Shown here: piece after piece, positions 1-9,142 of the stretch
How positions within the stretch are numbered: the stretch's first letter is position 1
Layout: each line of letters opens with the position of its first letter
DNA from: an uncultured Proteiniphilum sp.
Lineage (GTDB): Bacteria > Bacteroidota > Bacteroidia > Bacteroidales > Dysgonomonadaceae
Reading direction: 5' to 3'
Assembly (NCBI GenBank): GCA_964647535.1
Contig: CAZYGE010000004.1
Coordinates: 6,870 to 70,869, forward strand
Length of the DNA stretch: 64,000 nucleotides
Notes under the pieces: model-generated
Seen by the model: the letters and a program-made list of their open reading frames with translations, nothing else
The model's database searches: none
Told to the model about the DNA's origin: nothing
Program-made: the position numbers and the translations under genes

Positions 1-79
1 GTCCAAATTTTATTATAATATAGGTGTGATTGTTTTGACAAGTCGATTGGCTTGCATTTTAGAATTTGGAATAATTTTA

Positions 80-87
80 TAACTTTG
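80..87 (+). promoter_or_regulatory. Bacteroidetes housekeeping promoter -7 box (TAACTTTG)
   Basis: Matches TAnnTTTG, ~65 nt upstream of the first ATG at 154. Confidence 0.45.
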
Positions 88-153
88 TTACACGAATAGT
101 GATGAGTTAGATGTGCCCCAATATTGGATATTGAATATGTAAAAAGGTGTTAT

Positions 154-558
154 ATGAAAAATTTTAATAACATTCCGGTATATTGTTTGGTTTCCATGAA
201 TAAATGGGAAAAACTCTATCTACGTGATTATACACAGGCACAGATAAAAGTATATAACAATGACTCTAAAGTGCTGAATAGAATGATTGAGTCTTTATCG
301 GGGAGCATTGACAGTAATGGTGTTTTCTGTATTGACCTTACAGTGTTATTTTCAAAGTATATTGGAGAAACAGAGAAAAATGTGAATAGAATATTTGACG
401 CACTAGAAAATAAAAGCATTCTCTTGTATTTCAATCAAGCCGATGAACTTTTTGACAACCGTTCTGATACACAGCTTGGTACAAGGTTGCTGCTGGTTAC
501 TAAGGCTACTGCCAATAATAACATGCAAGAAGAGGGTAGTAGGAGAGTCAGAATATGA
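154..558 (+). CDS. Small protein with a degenerate partial AAA+ ATPase segment (possible pseudogene)
   Basis: IDLTVLFSKYIGETEKNVNRIF...ILLYFNQADELF resembles the SKYIGETEKN...FFDEADALF AAA segment; no Walker A. ORF track starts at TTG 124, first ATG 154; stop overlaps next ATG. Confidence 0.5.
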   Translation: MKNFNNIPVYCLVSMNKWEKLYLRDYTQAQIKVYNNDSKVLNRMIESLSGSIDSNGVFCIDLTVLFSKYIGETEKNVNRIFDALENKSILLYFNQADELFDNRSDTQLGTRLLLVTKATANNNMQEEGSRRVRI

Positions 559-1610
559 AATACAGTATTTTAGCTATATTCCTGTTTATTTCAGTTTTGC
601 CTAGCCACTCTTTTAGTCAAACTTCTTCTGAAATAGATGAAATTGTAAAATCTACACTCTCTAATTTCCCTGTTAACACTCAGGTTTCAATTGCTATTGT
701 TGATAGCGAAACAGTTAACTACTATGGTTTTATAAAAGAATTAGATAGCATTAGATCTACTGACAATCAAGATGAAATTTTCGAAATCGGTTCAATAGCT
801 AAAGTATTTACTTCGGTAATTTTGGCTTCATTGGTAGATGAAGGTAAAATTGGTCTTAATGATAATATAAACCAACATTTCCCTTTCCCCTTTAAGGATA
901 GTCGAAAAATTAGATATATTGATTTGGTAAATCACACCTCAGGTCTACCCCGGTTACCACAAAATTTAGATCTCTCAAAGGAGTCAAACCCATATAAAGA
1001 ATACAAAGAAAAAGAACTTTTTTACTATCTTGAGAATCTTCTAACGCTTCAGAATCAGCCCACAAAGGAATATCTGTATTCAAACTTAGGATTCGGATTA
1101 TTAGGATATACCTTAGGGAAATCTCAAGATAGCAGTTATGAAAAGCTCCTTCAAACGATAGTTCTAGACAAATATAATATGACCAATACTTATACAGGTA
1201 TTCATGAATCTGACAGTAATTTAGTTTCTGGTTTAAATGCCGATGGAGAAATAGTTCCCAACTGGGATTTTGATGTATTTGCAGGAGCAGGTGGAGTGCT
1301 ATCAACTTCAAAAGATTTGGCAAAATTTGCCATTGCACAGTTTAACTCTAACGATTCAGTGTTATCACTAGCAAGAAAGCCCACTTTTAGGGTTAATGAA
1401 AATATGCAAATTGGACTGGGGTGGCATATCATGAATAGTAAGGAAGGTGAAAGCATATATTGGCATAACGGTCAAACAGGTGGTTACAGCTCATCAATAA
1501 CTGTAAACGTAGCAAATAAAAAAGCAGTGGTGGTTCTTACCAATGTATCAATACATGGAATTAATGCAGGAGAAAGTTTTAGTAATGAGTTATTTAAGCT
1601 TGTGAAATAA
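555..1610 (+). CDS. Secreted serine hydrolase, beta-lactamase-related (class C-like) family
   Basis: Signal peptide; FEIGSIAK (SxxK), YSN, HNG motifs; HTSGLPR. Confidence 0.85.
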   Translation: MKYSILAIFLFISVLPSHSFSQTSSEIDEIVKSTLSNFPVNTQVSIAIVDSETVNYYGFIKELDSIRSTDNQDEIFEIGSIAKVFTSVILASLVDEGKIGLNDNINQHFPFPFKDSRKIRYIDLVNHTSGLPRLPQNLDLSKESNPYKEYKEKELFYYLENLLTLQNQPTKEYLYSNLGFGLLGYTLGKSQDSSYEKLLQTIVLDKYNMTNTYTGIHESDSNLVSGLNADGEIVPNWDFDVFAGAGGVLSTSKDLAKFAIAQFNSNDSVLSLARKPTFRVNENMQIGLGWHIMNSKEGESIYWHNGQTGGYSSSITVNVANKKAVVVLTNVSIHGINAGESFSNELFKLVK

Positions 1611-1648
1611 ACTCACTTTCATCTATTTTTCTACATAAATAGTTCATG

Positions 1649-2182
1649 TTATTCATTCCTTAATTTGCTGTAAATCTCAATATCGGTGAATTTACCGTTA
1701 GAAAGCAATTCACCATCCCTTTCTACTCCTTCCAACTTGAAACCCAGTCTGATAGGTATTCGCTTGCTTCTAACATTCCCAACCGCACATTTAATTTGAA
1801 CCCTATTTAAATCCATGTCAATAAACGCGTACTCACAGAGCTTCTCCACAGATCGGGTCATAATGCCTCTCCTCTGAAACTTTTCAGAGAGCCAGTATCC
1901 AATTTCTGTCCTTTTGTTTGCCCAGTCTGTATCCTTATACCCAATTATCCCTGCAAACTCTCCATTTACCTGTATGGTAAAAGTTTGTTCGGCGAGGAAA
2001 TTGATGGCATTGATTACCGATTTCACATAATCTTCAGTATCAGACAACTCGTTTGTAGACGACACGAAGGGTAACCACTCGCCAAGGTAATCTCGTTGTG
2101 TATCAATTGTATTGAAGATGTCGCTGATATCGGCAATTTCTAATATTCTTAGCTCGGTTTTGTTGTCAACTTTTAACAGCAT
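1649..2182 (-). CDS. GNAT N-acetyltransferase, RimJ/RimL family
   Basis: EIGYWL, QRRGIM, N..S..IP.RLGF.LEG motifs. Confidence 0.85.
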   Translation of the reverse strand: MLLKVDNKTELRILEIADISDIFNTIDTQRDYLGEWLPFVSSTNELSDTEDYVKSVINAINFLAEQTFTIQVNGEFAGIIGYKDTDWANKRTEIGYWLSEKFQRRGIMTRSVEKLCEYAFIDMDLNRVQIKCAVGNVRSKRIPIRLGFKLEGVERDGELLSNGKFTDIEIYSKLRNE

Positions 2183-2212
2183 AATATACCATCAACCTCA
2201 ACCTTTTGGTGA

Positions 2213-3289
2213 TTAATTTTTAAAATTATACAGAGAGAGCATCTTGTTAAACAGATCTGTGTTCTCATAGATACCTGCAAACTCTTCTGCACCTTCGCCG
2301 TATGACATTACCGGAACTAATGCAGCTGAATGTCCTGAAGTGGCCCATGTTGCACTAACTTCGCCGGTTTTAATATCACCTCCGGTTATAGACATGCCTC
2401 CTGTTTCGTGGTCGGAAGTTACAACAACAAGTGTTCCCGGATTTTGATCTGCAAAATCAAAAGCTATCTTTACGGCATTGTCAAAATCAAGCATTTCATT
2501 ATTTACGTAATCTAAATCGTTGGAATGACCTCCTCCGTCAATCAGAGAGCCCTCAACCATAAGGAAGAAGCCTTTATTGTTTTCACTAAGAAGTCTTAAA
2601 GCTGTCTCTGTACTTTGTGGTAGAAAATCACCTCTTTCCGGATATCTAGGCATATTTGCTTCGGTAAGCAAACCTACCAGTTTACCTGATTCAGTGTTGG
2701 TTACACTCTCCATGTCGTGTGCAACTTTAAAGCCTTTTTCTTCTAGTTCTGACAGAAGATCTCTTTCATCCGAACGGTTGCTAAAATTATTTCTTCCACC
2801 TCCGATAAACAGGGTTATATCGGAGTTCAAAAAGTCAACTGCAATTTCTTCTCGCATAGTTCGTTTTACTTGATTGGCTACAAAAGCAGCCGGAGTTGCG
2901 TCTGTAATTGATGAAACTGAAACTAGTCCTGTAGATAATCCATTTTCCTGGGCATGTGCACGAATAGATTTTAATGCATTACCGTTTTCGTCAACTCCGA
3001 TAGAACCATTTTTAGTTTTAGTTCCTGTTGCGATGGCAGTGCCGGCGGCACCCGAATCTGTTATTAATCTATTAGCAGAATATGTTTTAGTCAACCCTAT
3101 GTATTGCGCATTTTCCATATTTAGACTTTTATTGGCAATAACTCCTGCATACAAGTGATCTATTCCCATTCCATCTCCAATTAAAAGGATTATGTTTTTT
3201 ACTTCCGGAGTAGAATCTTGATTTGAGTTTGAGCATTGTACTAGAATAAAAGAAAGAGCTACTAGTAAGTATAATTTAATTTTGAACAT
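2213..3289 (-). CDS. Alkaline phosphatase, lipoprotein
   Basis: LVQC lipobox; IGDGMG, TDSGAAGT (Ser nucleophile), VEG..ID..GH, SDHETGG. Confidence 0.9.
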   Translation of the reverse strand: MFKIKLYLLVALSFILVQCSNSNQDSTPEVKNIILLIGDGMGIDHLYAGVIANKSLNMENAQYIGLTKTYSANRLITDSGAAGTAIATGTKTKNGSIGVDENGNALKSIRAHAQENGLSTGLVSVSSITDATPAAFVANQVKRTMREEIAVDFLNSDITLFIGGGRNNFSNRSDERDLLSELEEKGFKVAHDMESVTNTESGKLVGLLTEANMPRYPERGDFLPQSTETALRLLSENNKGFFLMVEGSLIDGGGHSNDLDYVNNEMLDFDNAVKIAFDFADQNPGTLVVVTSDHETGGMSITGGDIKTGEVSATWATSGHSAALVPVMSYGEGAEEFAGIYENTDLFNKMLSLYNFKN

Positions 3290-3320
3290 GATTTGATAAA
3301 ACTTTATGAATAATGATTTG

Positions 3321-3328
3321 CAAATATA
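3321..3328 (-). promoter_or_regulatory. -7 box (TATATTTG) for the alkaline phosphatase gene
   Basis: TAnnTTTG ~30 nt upstream of the start. Confidence 0.5.
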
Positions 3329-3425
3329 GGTATCCTGTTGCGATTAATTATAATTTCTCAATCATTGTTTCCTGACAATTTTATCTTTTCTTTGTACTAT
3401 ATCGTTAATAAAATAATAAGATACA

Positions 3426-4718
3426 ATGGAATTAAAATTTAAAATCACAGTTCAAGGTTGTTTAGCTCTTTTATTACTGATGCAATTTCAGGTGATTAAT
3501 GCTCAGAGCAATCACGTAAATAATCCTTCAGAAATTATGCTTTCAATTGGGGGTGACCCTACTTCGGAGTATACAGTTACTTGGCGCAGTTTAGGTAATA
3601 GTACTAAAACAATAGCACAAATTGCAGAAATTACAGCTAATCCTAAGTTTGAAGATACTGTTTTGGAGTTTGAAGGCACGTTCTCTGAAAATTATGGCGA
3701 TAAAAGTGATCGGCTGTCTCATAAAGTTAGATTTACCAATCTGAAACCTAATACTCAGTATTCTTACCGTGTTGGAAATGGAAAAGAATGGAGCGAATGG
3801 TTTCAGTTTAGAACAGCTAAAAAAGTTGATGATAAGTTTTCCTTTATATATTTAGGTGATTTCCAGAATGACATTAAATCTTTGGGCTCAAGAGTTTTAC
3901 GTCAATCTCATACGCATTTGGGTAAGGATGCATCTTTTATGCTTCTTGCAGGTGATTTGGTTAGTAATAGCACCGATGAATATTGGAGTGAATTCTTTTA
4001 TGCAGGCGGTTGGATTTTTGGCACTTTACCATCGGCTCCTACTGCGGGGAATCATGAATATGCAAAAGTAGACGGAAGCAAAGAACGTGTATTTTCTAAA
4101 CATTGGAGTGATATTTTTGGTATGCCTCAAAATCCTCCCCTTGCAGATTATCAAAACAGGTCATATTATTTCGATTATCAGGGAGTTCGTTTCATCGGTC
4201 TTGATTCTTATACATTAAATGCAAATAATAAAGATTTAGATAATATAATTGATTGGTTTGATAGCACGTTAGAAGATAATCCTAACAAATGGTCTATTGT
4301 GTTTACACATTATCCAATTTATTCATGTTCTTCCGGGAGGGATAACGAAAAATACCGAAATATTTTACGTCCGATTCTCGAGAAACATGGGGTTGATTTA
4401 GTTCTTCAAGGTCATGATCATACATATTGTCGTGGTTTTAACGAAGAAAACATTTCAGGTGATGTTAAGAACCCTCCGTTATATGTAGTGTCTGTAGCAG
4501 GTCCTAAAATGTATAAACTCAGTGAAGATGCATGGAGTGATGTAAGAGCTGAAAATATTCAGCTTTATCAAAATATCACTGTTGATAATAACACGATATA
4601 TTATGATTCGTATGATGTAACAGGTGAGTTGTTTGATTCATTCCGATTGGAAAAAGATGAAAATGGAGTTAATACATTAATCGAGCAAAACAAATACTCA
4701 CTTGTTATTCAGGAGTGA
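3426..4718 (+). CDS. Secreted purple acid phosphatase-like metallophosphoesterase with N-terminal FN3-like domain
   Basis: Signal peptide; L.P.T.Y.YRVG; GD.Q, GDLV, GNHE, GHDH motifs. Confidence 0.85.
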   Translation: MELKFKITVQGCLALLLLMQFQVINAQSNHVNNPSEIMLSIGGDPTSEYTVTWRSLGNSTKTIAQIAEITANPKFEDTVLEFEGTFSENYGDKSDRLSHKVRFTNLKPNTQYSYRVGNGKEWSEWFQFRTAKKVDDKFSFIYLGDFQNDIKSLGSRVLRQSHTHLGKDASFMLLAGDLVSNSTDEYWSEFFYAGGWIFGTLPSAPTAGNHEYAKVDGSKERVFSKHWSDIFGMPQNPPLADYQNRSYYFDYQGVRFIGLDSYTLNANNKDLDNIIDWFDSTLEDNPNKWSIVFTHYPIYSCSSGRDNEKYRNILRPILEKHGVDLVLQGHDHTYCRGFNEENISGDVKNPPLYVVSVAGPKMYKLSEDAWSDVRAENIQLYQNITVDNNTIYYDSYDVTGELFDSFRLEKDENGVNTLIEQNKYSLVIQE

Positions 4719-4898
4719 TATTCAGTACACATTATTAGAGCTTTAGGGCAAAAGATAAGAACAATATAAATATATAGTATGTTATAATTACAACCAAGAG
4801 AGTATTGGTTATTTGACTTAATAATTTTATTAGAGTAAGAATGTAAGTAAAGTTTTAGGTATTTACGTTATATGTCTAACATTAAAAATTATACGATT

Positions 4899-5558
4899 AT
4901 GGCATCAAAAAATGAAAAGAAAAGTGATGAGAAAAAGAGCACTACAAAAAGTGCAGCAAATGAGAAATCAAAAAGTCAATCTCAAGGAAACACAAAATCA
5001 CAATCTAAAAGTCAAACTAAAGGTGCTTCGAAATCTCAAAAACAAGCCCGTTTTAGTGAGAAGCATGAAGGTAAATTATTAGAATTTTTTATTGATGAAG
5101 TAAAAGATGTTTATTTCGCAGAACATGAAGCTCTAAAGGCATTGAAGAAGATGGAAAAAGCAGCTACTTCAAAAGCTCTTAAAGATAGCATTGTGAAGCA
5201 TCAGGGAGAAACTGAAGAGCAGATCAGTCGTCTTGAAGAGGTTTTTGGTCTACTTGATGAAAAACCATCTAAGAAAAAATGCGATGGTATTCTCGGAATC
5301 ATTAAAGATGGTGAAGGTGTTATTGAAGATACCGAAGCGAACACAATGGTTAGAGACGCGGCAATTATTATTGCAAGTCAGAAGGTGGAGCATTATGAAA
5401 TAACTTCTTATGGTAGTCTTGCAGAGCTTGCTAGAACATTAGGCAAAGATGAGGTAGCCGAAATACTAGAGATTACTTTAGAAGAAGAGAAACAAACCGA
5501 CATCACATTAACTTTACTCGCGGAAGAGTCAATTAATGAAGAAGCAAGTACTGAATAA
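4899..5558 (+). CDS. YciE/YciF (DUF892) ferritin-like stress protein with a K/S/Q-rich N-terminal tail
   Basis: D.Y.AE, H..ET..QI.RLE, QKVEHYEI.SYG, TL.EEK.TD; alternative start 4872. Confidence 0.85.
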   Translation: MASKNEKKSDEKKSTTKSAANEKSKSQSQGNTKSQSKSQTKGASKSQKQARFSEKHEGKLLEFFIDEVKDVYFAEHEALKALKKMEKAATSKALKDSIVKHQGETEEQISRLEEVFGLLDEKPSKKKCDGILGIIKDGEGVIEDTEANTMVRDAAIIIASQKVEHYEITSYGSLAELARTLGKDEVAEILEITLEEEKQTDITLTLLAEESINEEASTE

Positions 5559-5621
5559 TTGCAATTTTTATTAATTAAACTCAAGTGTTTAATTAATGAT
5601 TTGTGATATACTAAATAGAAT

Positions 5622-5660
5622 AGCAGCCTGAATCAAAACAATATATTCAGGCTGCTTTTT
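5622..5660 (+). terminator. Intrinsic terminator after the ferritin-like gene
   Basis: AGCAGCCTGAAT/ATTCAGGCTGCT stem followed by a T run. Confidence 0.75.
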
Positions 5661-5704
5661 ATGTGATGAGAAATCTCATATATAATAAATTAATAATTAA
5701 GGAT

Positions 5705-6199
5705 ATGTTTGCACCTGTAAATTGGGAATCAGTTTTTCTTCCTGAACTTTCAATTTTAGAGTTAATCGTAAGGGGGGTAGTACTTTATTTTGTTATTGTG
5801 TTAATACTAAGAGTTCTCACAAGGCATACTACAGGAGAGCTCACCGCTATGGATTTAATTTTTATACTTCTCTTAGCAGAGGCTGCAACACATGCTATGG
5901 GTGGTTATTCATCCATTGGCGATTGTGTTGTTCTTCTTATCGTGTTCACTCTTTGTAATTATGGTGTGAATAAACTAACTTATCATTTCAGTTTTTTTCA
6001 AAAACTATTTGAGCAATCTCCTATTCAGGTAATTGATAATGGAAAACTCAATCGCAGAAACATGCGACGTGAATTATTGACGAAGGATGAGTTAATGGCA
6101 AGTTTGAGAGAGAACGGAGTAGAAGATTTGCGTAAAGTAAAAAAAGCCTTTGTAGAAGGTGATGGCAATATTTCATTTATCTTTCATGATAATGAGTAA
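5705..6199 (+). CDS. DUF421 (YetF-like) membrane protein
   Basis: N-terminal TM helices, then P...I.NG.L..NM, EL...LRE.G, A.VE.DG.IS; ORF track start 5663. Confidence 0.85.
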   Translation: MFAPVNWESVFLPELSILELIVRGVVLYFVIVLILRVLTRHTTGELTAMDLIFILLLAEAATHAMGGYSSIGDCVVLLIVFTLCNYGVNKLTYHFSFFQKLFEQSPIQVIDNGKLNRRNMRRELLTKDELMASLRENGVEDLRKVKKAFVEGDGNISFIFHDNE

Positions 6200-6407
6200 C
6201 AGTGTTGCTGTCTGCTGCTACATTATTTTTATCAATGACAATAATTGATGTAACAAAAAATAAAATTAGATGAACCATTTTATCAGCCTGCGGTTTAAAA
6301 GTATGAATTGGTTTCATACATGAAATCAAAAGAAAGTAATAAGAGAATCAAAAGTAAGGATTCTAAAGAGGTAACCTAAAGTTGATAAAAATTTAAACTT
6401 TACTATT

Positions 6408-7268
6408 ATGCAAAAACAAGGTGATGAGAAGAAATTACGTCCCAAGCAGGAACAGAAACGTCCGGGTAAACAAGCTAATCTTAAACCTACATCAGATACA
6501 TCTCCCAAAAAGCAGATAAATAAACTTGAGGGCAAAGTGGCACTTATTACCGGAGGTGATAGCGGCATTGGAAAAGCTACTGCTTTGCTTTTTGCTGATA
6601 ACGGGGCAGATATAGTAATAGCCTATTTGAATGAAACGGAAGATGCAAGAGACACTCAAAAGGAGATTCAAGATATGGGCAGAAAATGCTATATAATTAA
6701 GGGTGATTTATCTGTTGAAAGTAATTGTAAGAAAGCTGTGGATAAGACAATTGATAAGTTGTCTAAATTAGATATTTTGGTAAATAATGCTGCCTTGCAT
6801 TGGGAGGTTGAAGGGCTTGAAAATATTACCACCGACCAGTTTGAGCGAACATTTTACAACAATGTTTTCTCCTATTTTTGGGTTTCTAAATATGCACTTG
6901 CTCATTTAAAAGAGGGTGCCTCAATTATTAATGTAAGCTCGGTTACGGCATACAGAGGCAGTGCCAAATTAATAGACTATTCTGCTACTAAAGGCGCCAT
7001 TATTAGCTTCACCAGAAGCCTTGCCCAGAGTTTGGTTGAAAAAAAGATAAGAGTAAATGCAGTGGCACCCGGCCCAATTTGGACACCTCTCATAGCATCA
7101 ACTTTTGATGATGAAAAAGTTTCAAAGTTTGGAAGCGATGCACCAATGGGAAGAGCGGGGCAGCCAAATGAAGTTGCGCCAAGTTTACTATTTCTTGCAT
7201 CGGATGACTCTAGTTATATTACGGGGCAATGTTTGCATCCAAATGGCGGTGAAATAGTTAGTGGATAA
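6408..7268 (+). CDS. SDR oxidoreductase, YhdF/YdaD general-stress type
   Basis: TGGDSGIG, NNAA, YSATK, VAPGPIWTPL, RAGQP. Confidence 0.9.
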   Translation: MQKQGDEKKLRPKQEQKRPGKQANLKPTSDTSPKKQINKLEGKVALITGGDSGIGKATALLFADNGADIVIAYLNETEDARDTQKEIQDMGRKCYIIKGDLSVESNCKKAVDKTIDKLSKLDILVNNAALHWEVEGLENITTDQFERTFYNNVFSYFWVSKYALAHLKEGASIINVSSVTAYRGSAKLIDYSATKGAIISFTRSLAQSLVEKKIRVNAVAPGPIWTPLIASTFDDEKVSKFGSDAPMGRAGQPNEVAPSLLFLASDDSSYITGQCLHPNGGEIVSG

Positions 7269-7286
7269 ACTTCATAAAGCCCAATT

Positions 7287-8306
7287 CTATTTCAAGCCAA
7301 ACTCATTAGCAAGAAGTCTATATCCTTCTGAGCGGGCTTGTTGATCGTGATAACCATCAACAAGAATAATTTCATCAACATCTGTTTTCTTGGCCAAATC
7401 ATGAAGTTTTTCTGAAACCTGTGATGGAGTACCTATTACAAACTTATTCATTTGTTGTTCGCGAACAGCAATTTCTTGAAGACTATAGTTATATTCTTCG
7501 GCTTGCTTGATAGTAGGAAATTTTGTGAATCTCTTTCCTGTGCCCAACATAGTCCACATAAGAACTGTGGGTTCTGCAAGGTATTGAGCTTCTTCCTCTG
7601 TTTCTGCCGTAAAAACACTTATGGACAACATGCTTTTTGGCTCGCTATAATATTTAGATGGAGTGAAATTTTCCTTGTAATATTTTAAAACAGGAACTGC
7701 CATGTCTGCATTAATTTGAGCAGCAAAGACAAACCCAAGACCTTTATCCAAAGCAAACTTTACTCCTCCGCTGCTTGAGCCAAGCATATAAATATCTGGT
7801 GTTAGTGAAGGATCGGGATTTGCCGATATTGATGCAAATTGATGTTTCTCCGGAAAATCGTGACCGAAATAGTGTAGGAGATCATTTAATTGCTCAGGAA
7901 ATGTATCTTCTCTGAGTATTTCAAAAGATCGACGTAATGCGTATGCAGTACGTCCGTCGGTGCCGGGTGCTCTACCCAGGCCTAAGTCTATTCTGCCGGG
8001 ATGAAGTGCTTCAAGCATTGAGAATCGTTCGGCTACACTAAGTGAACTGTGATTGGGTAGCATTACACCGCCACTGCCAACTTTTATTCGCTGAGTTTTT
8101 GATGCTACATGTGCCATCATTATCTCAGGGAACATGCTCATTAACGATCCGGTGTTGTGGTGCTCGGCAAACCAGTATCGGTTATACCCCAATTCTTCTG
8201 CCAACTGGGCAGTTTTAGTTGAATTATATAATACGTCACTCGCAGATTTGTCATTTTCAGTAAAATAGCACAAATCTAGAATGGATAACTTTAAATTTTG
8301 TGTCAT
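7287..8306 (-). CDS. LLM class flavin-dependent oxidoreductase (luciferase-like monooxygenase)
   Basis: AE.LGY.RYW.AEHH, GSGGVMLP, GRIDLGLGRAPG. Confidence 0.9.
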   Translation of the reverse strand: MTQNLKLSILDLCYFTENDKSASDVLYNSTKTAQLAEELGYNRYWFAEHHNTGSLMSMFPEIMMAHVASKTQRIKVGSGGVMLPNHSSLSVAERFSMLEALHPGRIDLGLGRAPGTDGRTAYALRRSFEILREDTFPEQLNDLLHYFGHDFPEKHQFASISANPDPSLTPDIYMLGSSSGGVKFALDKGLGFVFAAQINADMAVPVLKYYKENFTPSKYYSEPKSMLSISVFTAETEEEAQYLAEPTVLMWTMLGTGKRFTKFPTIKQAEEYNYSLQEIAVREQQMNKFVIGTPSQVSEKLHDLAKKTDVDEIILVDGYHDQQARSEGYRLLANEFGLK

Positions 8307-8408
8307 TGTTTTCTGTGTTAATACTAATAAACCACCTCGAAGGTGTTTTGTTCAGCGAACCATTTATTGTGTATTATATTCAAGTGAACGAATTCATAAT
8401 TTAACTGT

Positions 8409-8416
8409 TATATTTG
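8409..8416 (+). promoter_or_regulatory. -7 box (TATATTTG) for the VOC gene
   Basis: TAnnTTTG ~33 nt upstream of ATG 8450. Confidence 0.5.
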
Positions 8417-8449
8417 CAATAAAATTATTTACAAATATAAATATTAGCT

Positions 8450-8941
8450 ATGGAAGAATACAATATACCTACCGAAGTAAGGATTGGACATGTTCATCTT
8501 AAGGTTTCTGACTTGGATAAGTCTCTTTCTTTTTATAAAGATTTACTTGGGTTTGAGGTTACAATGCTGTATGGCAAACAGGCTGCGTTTTTATCGGCCG
8601 GAGGTTATCATCATCATATTGGGCTAAATACATGGCACTCGCAAGGTATGCCTAATGCTCCCGTAAATATGGTGGGGTTGTATCATACGGCAATCGCATA
8701 TCCAGCCAGAAAAGATCTTGCTTTGATATTAAAGCGTTTGCTTGAAGCAAATTATCCTCTAACGGGTGCAAGCGACCATGGTGTATCCGAAGCAATTTAT
8801 CTTAACGATCCCGATGGCAACGGAGTGGAGTTGTATTGGGATAAACCAAAAGATGTGTGGCCTTTGCAAGGTGATGGTTCATTAGATATGTTTACTAAAG
8901 CACTTGACGTTAAGGATCTGATGCTCGAAATTGAGCGATGA
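8450..8941 (+). CDS. VOC/glyoxalase family protein (CatE-like single domain)
   Basis: IGHVHLKV.DL, GGYHHHIGLNTW, GLYH.A, DHGVSEAIY..DPDGNGVELY. Confidence 0.85.
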   Translation: MEEYNIPTEVRIGHVHLKVSDLDKSLSFYKDLLGFEVTMLYGKQAAFLSAGGYHHHIGLNTWHSQGMPNAPVNMVGLYHTAIAYPARKDLALILKRLLEANYPLTGASDHGVSEAIYLNDPDGNGVELYWDKPKDVWPLQGDGSLDMFTKALDVKDLMLEIER

Positions 8942-8969
8942 CTAGGAGATATAAGGTTTAATTAAGGTT

Positions 8970-9003
8970 TGGCAATAGGTGTATGCTTATTGCCATTCTT
9001 TTT
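8970..9003 (+). terminator. Probable intrinsic terminator
   Basis: TGGCAATAGG/CTTATTGCCA stem followed by a T-rich tract. Confidence 0.55.
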
Positions 9004-9142
9004 ATGAGCTGGTGAGTTTTCTTTAATTAATGTGCTTGCACTGATATTTATATTTTTAGAAAAAATGAATGATAAGCTTTGCAACGAGTTTTATTGTTAA
9101 ATTGCAAGACTATTTAAAATACAGTGACCGTAAATAATTGAT

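Noticed and set aside
555-1610. AmpC-type antibiotic resistance gene
   Set aside because: Has HNG rather than KTG and belongs to a broad esterase/peptidase family; resistance cannot be inferred.
8942-9142. Riboswitch (THF, TPP, FMN) upstream of ftcD-pnuC
   Set aside because: Only a simple terminator hairpin and AT-rich sequence; no conserved aptamer motifs seen.
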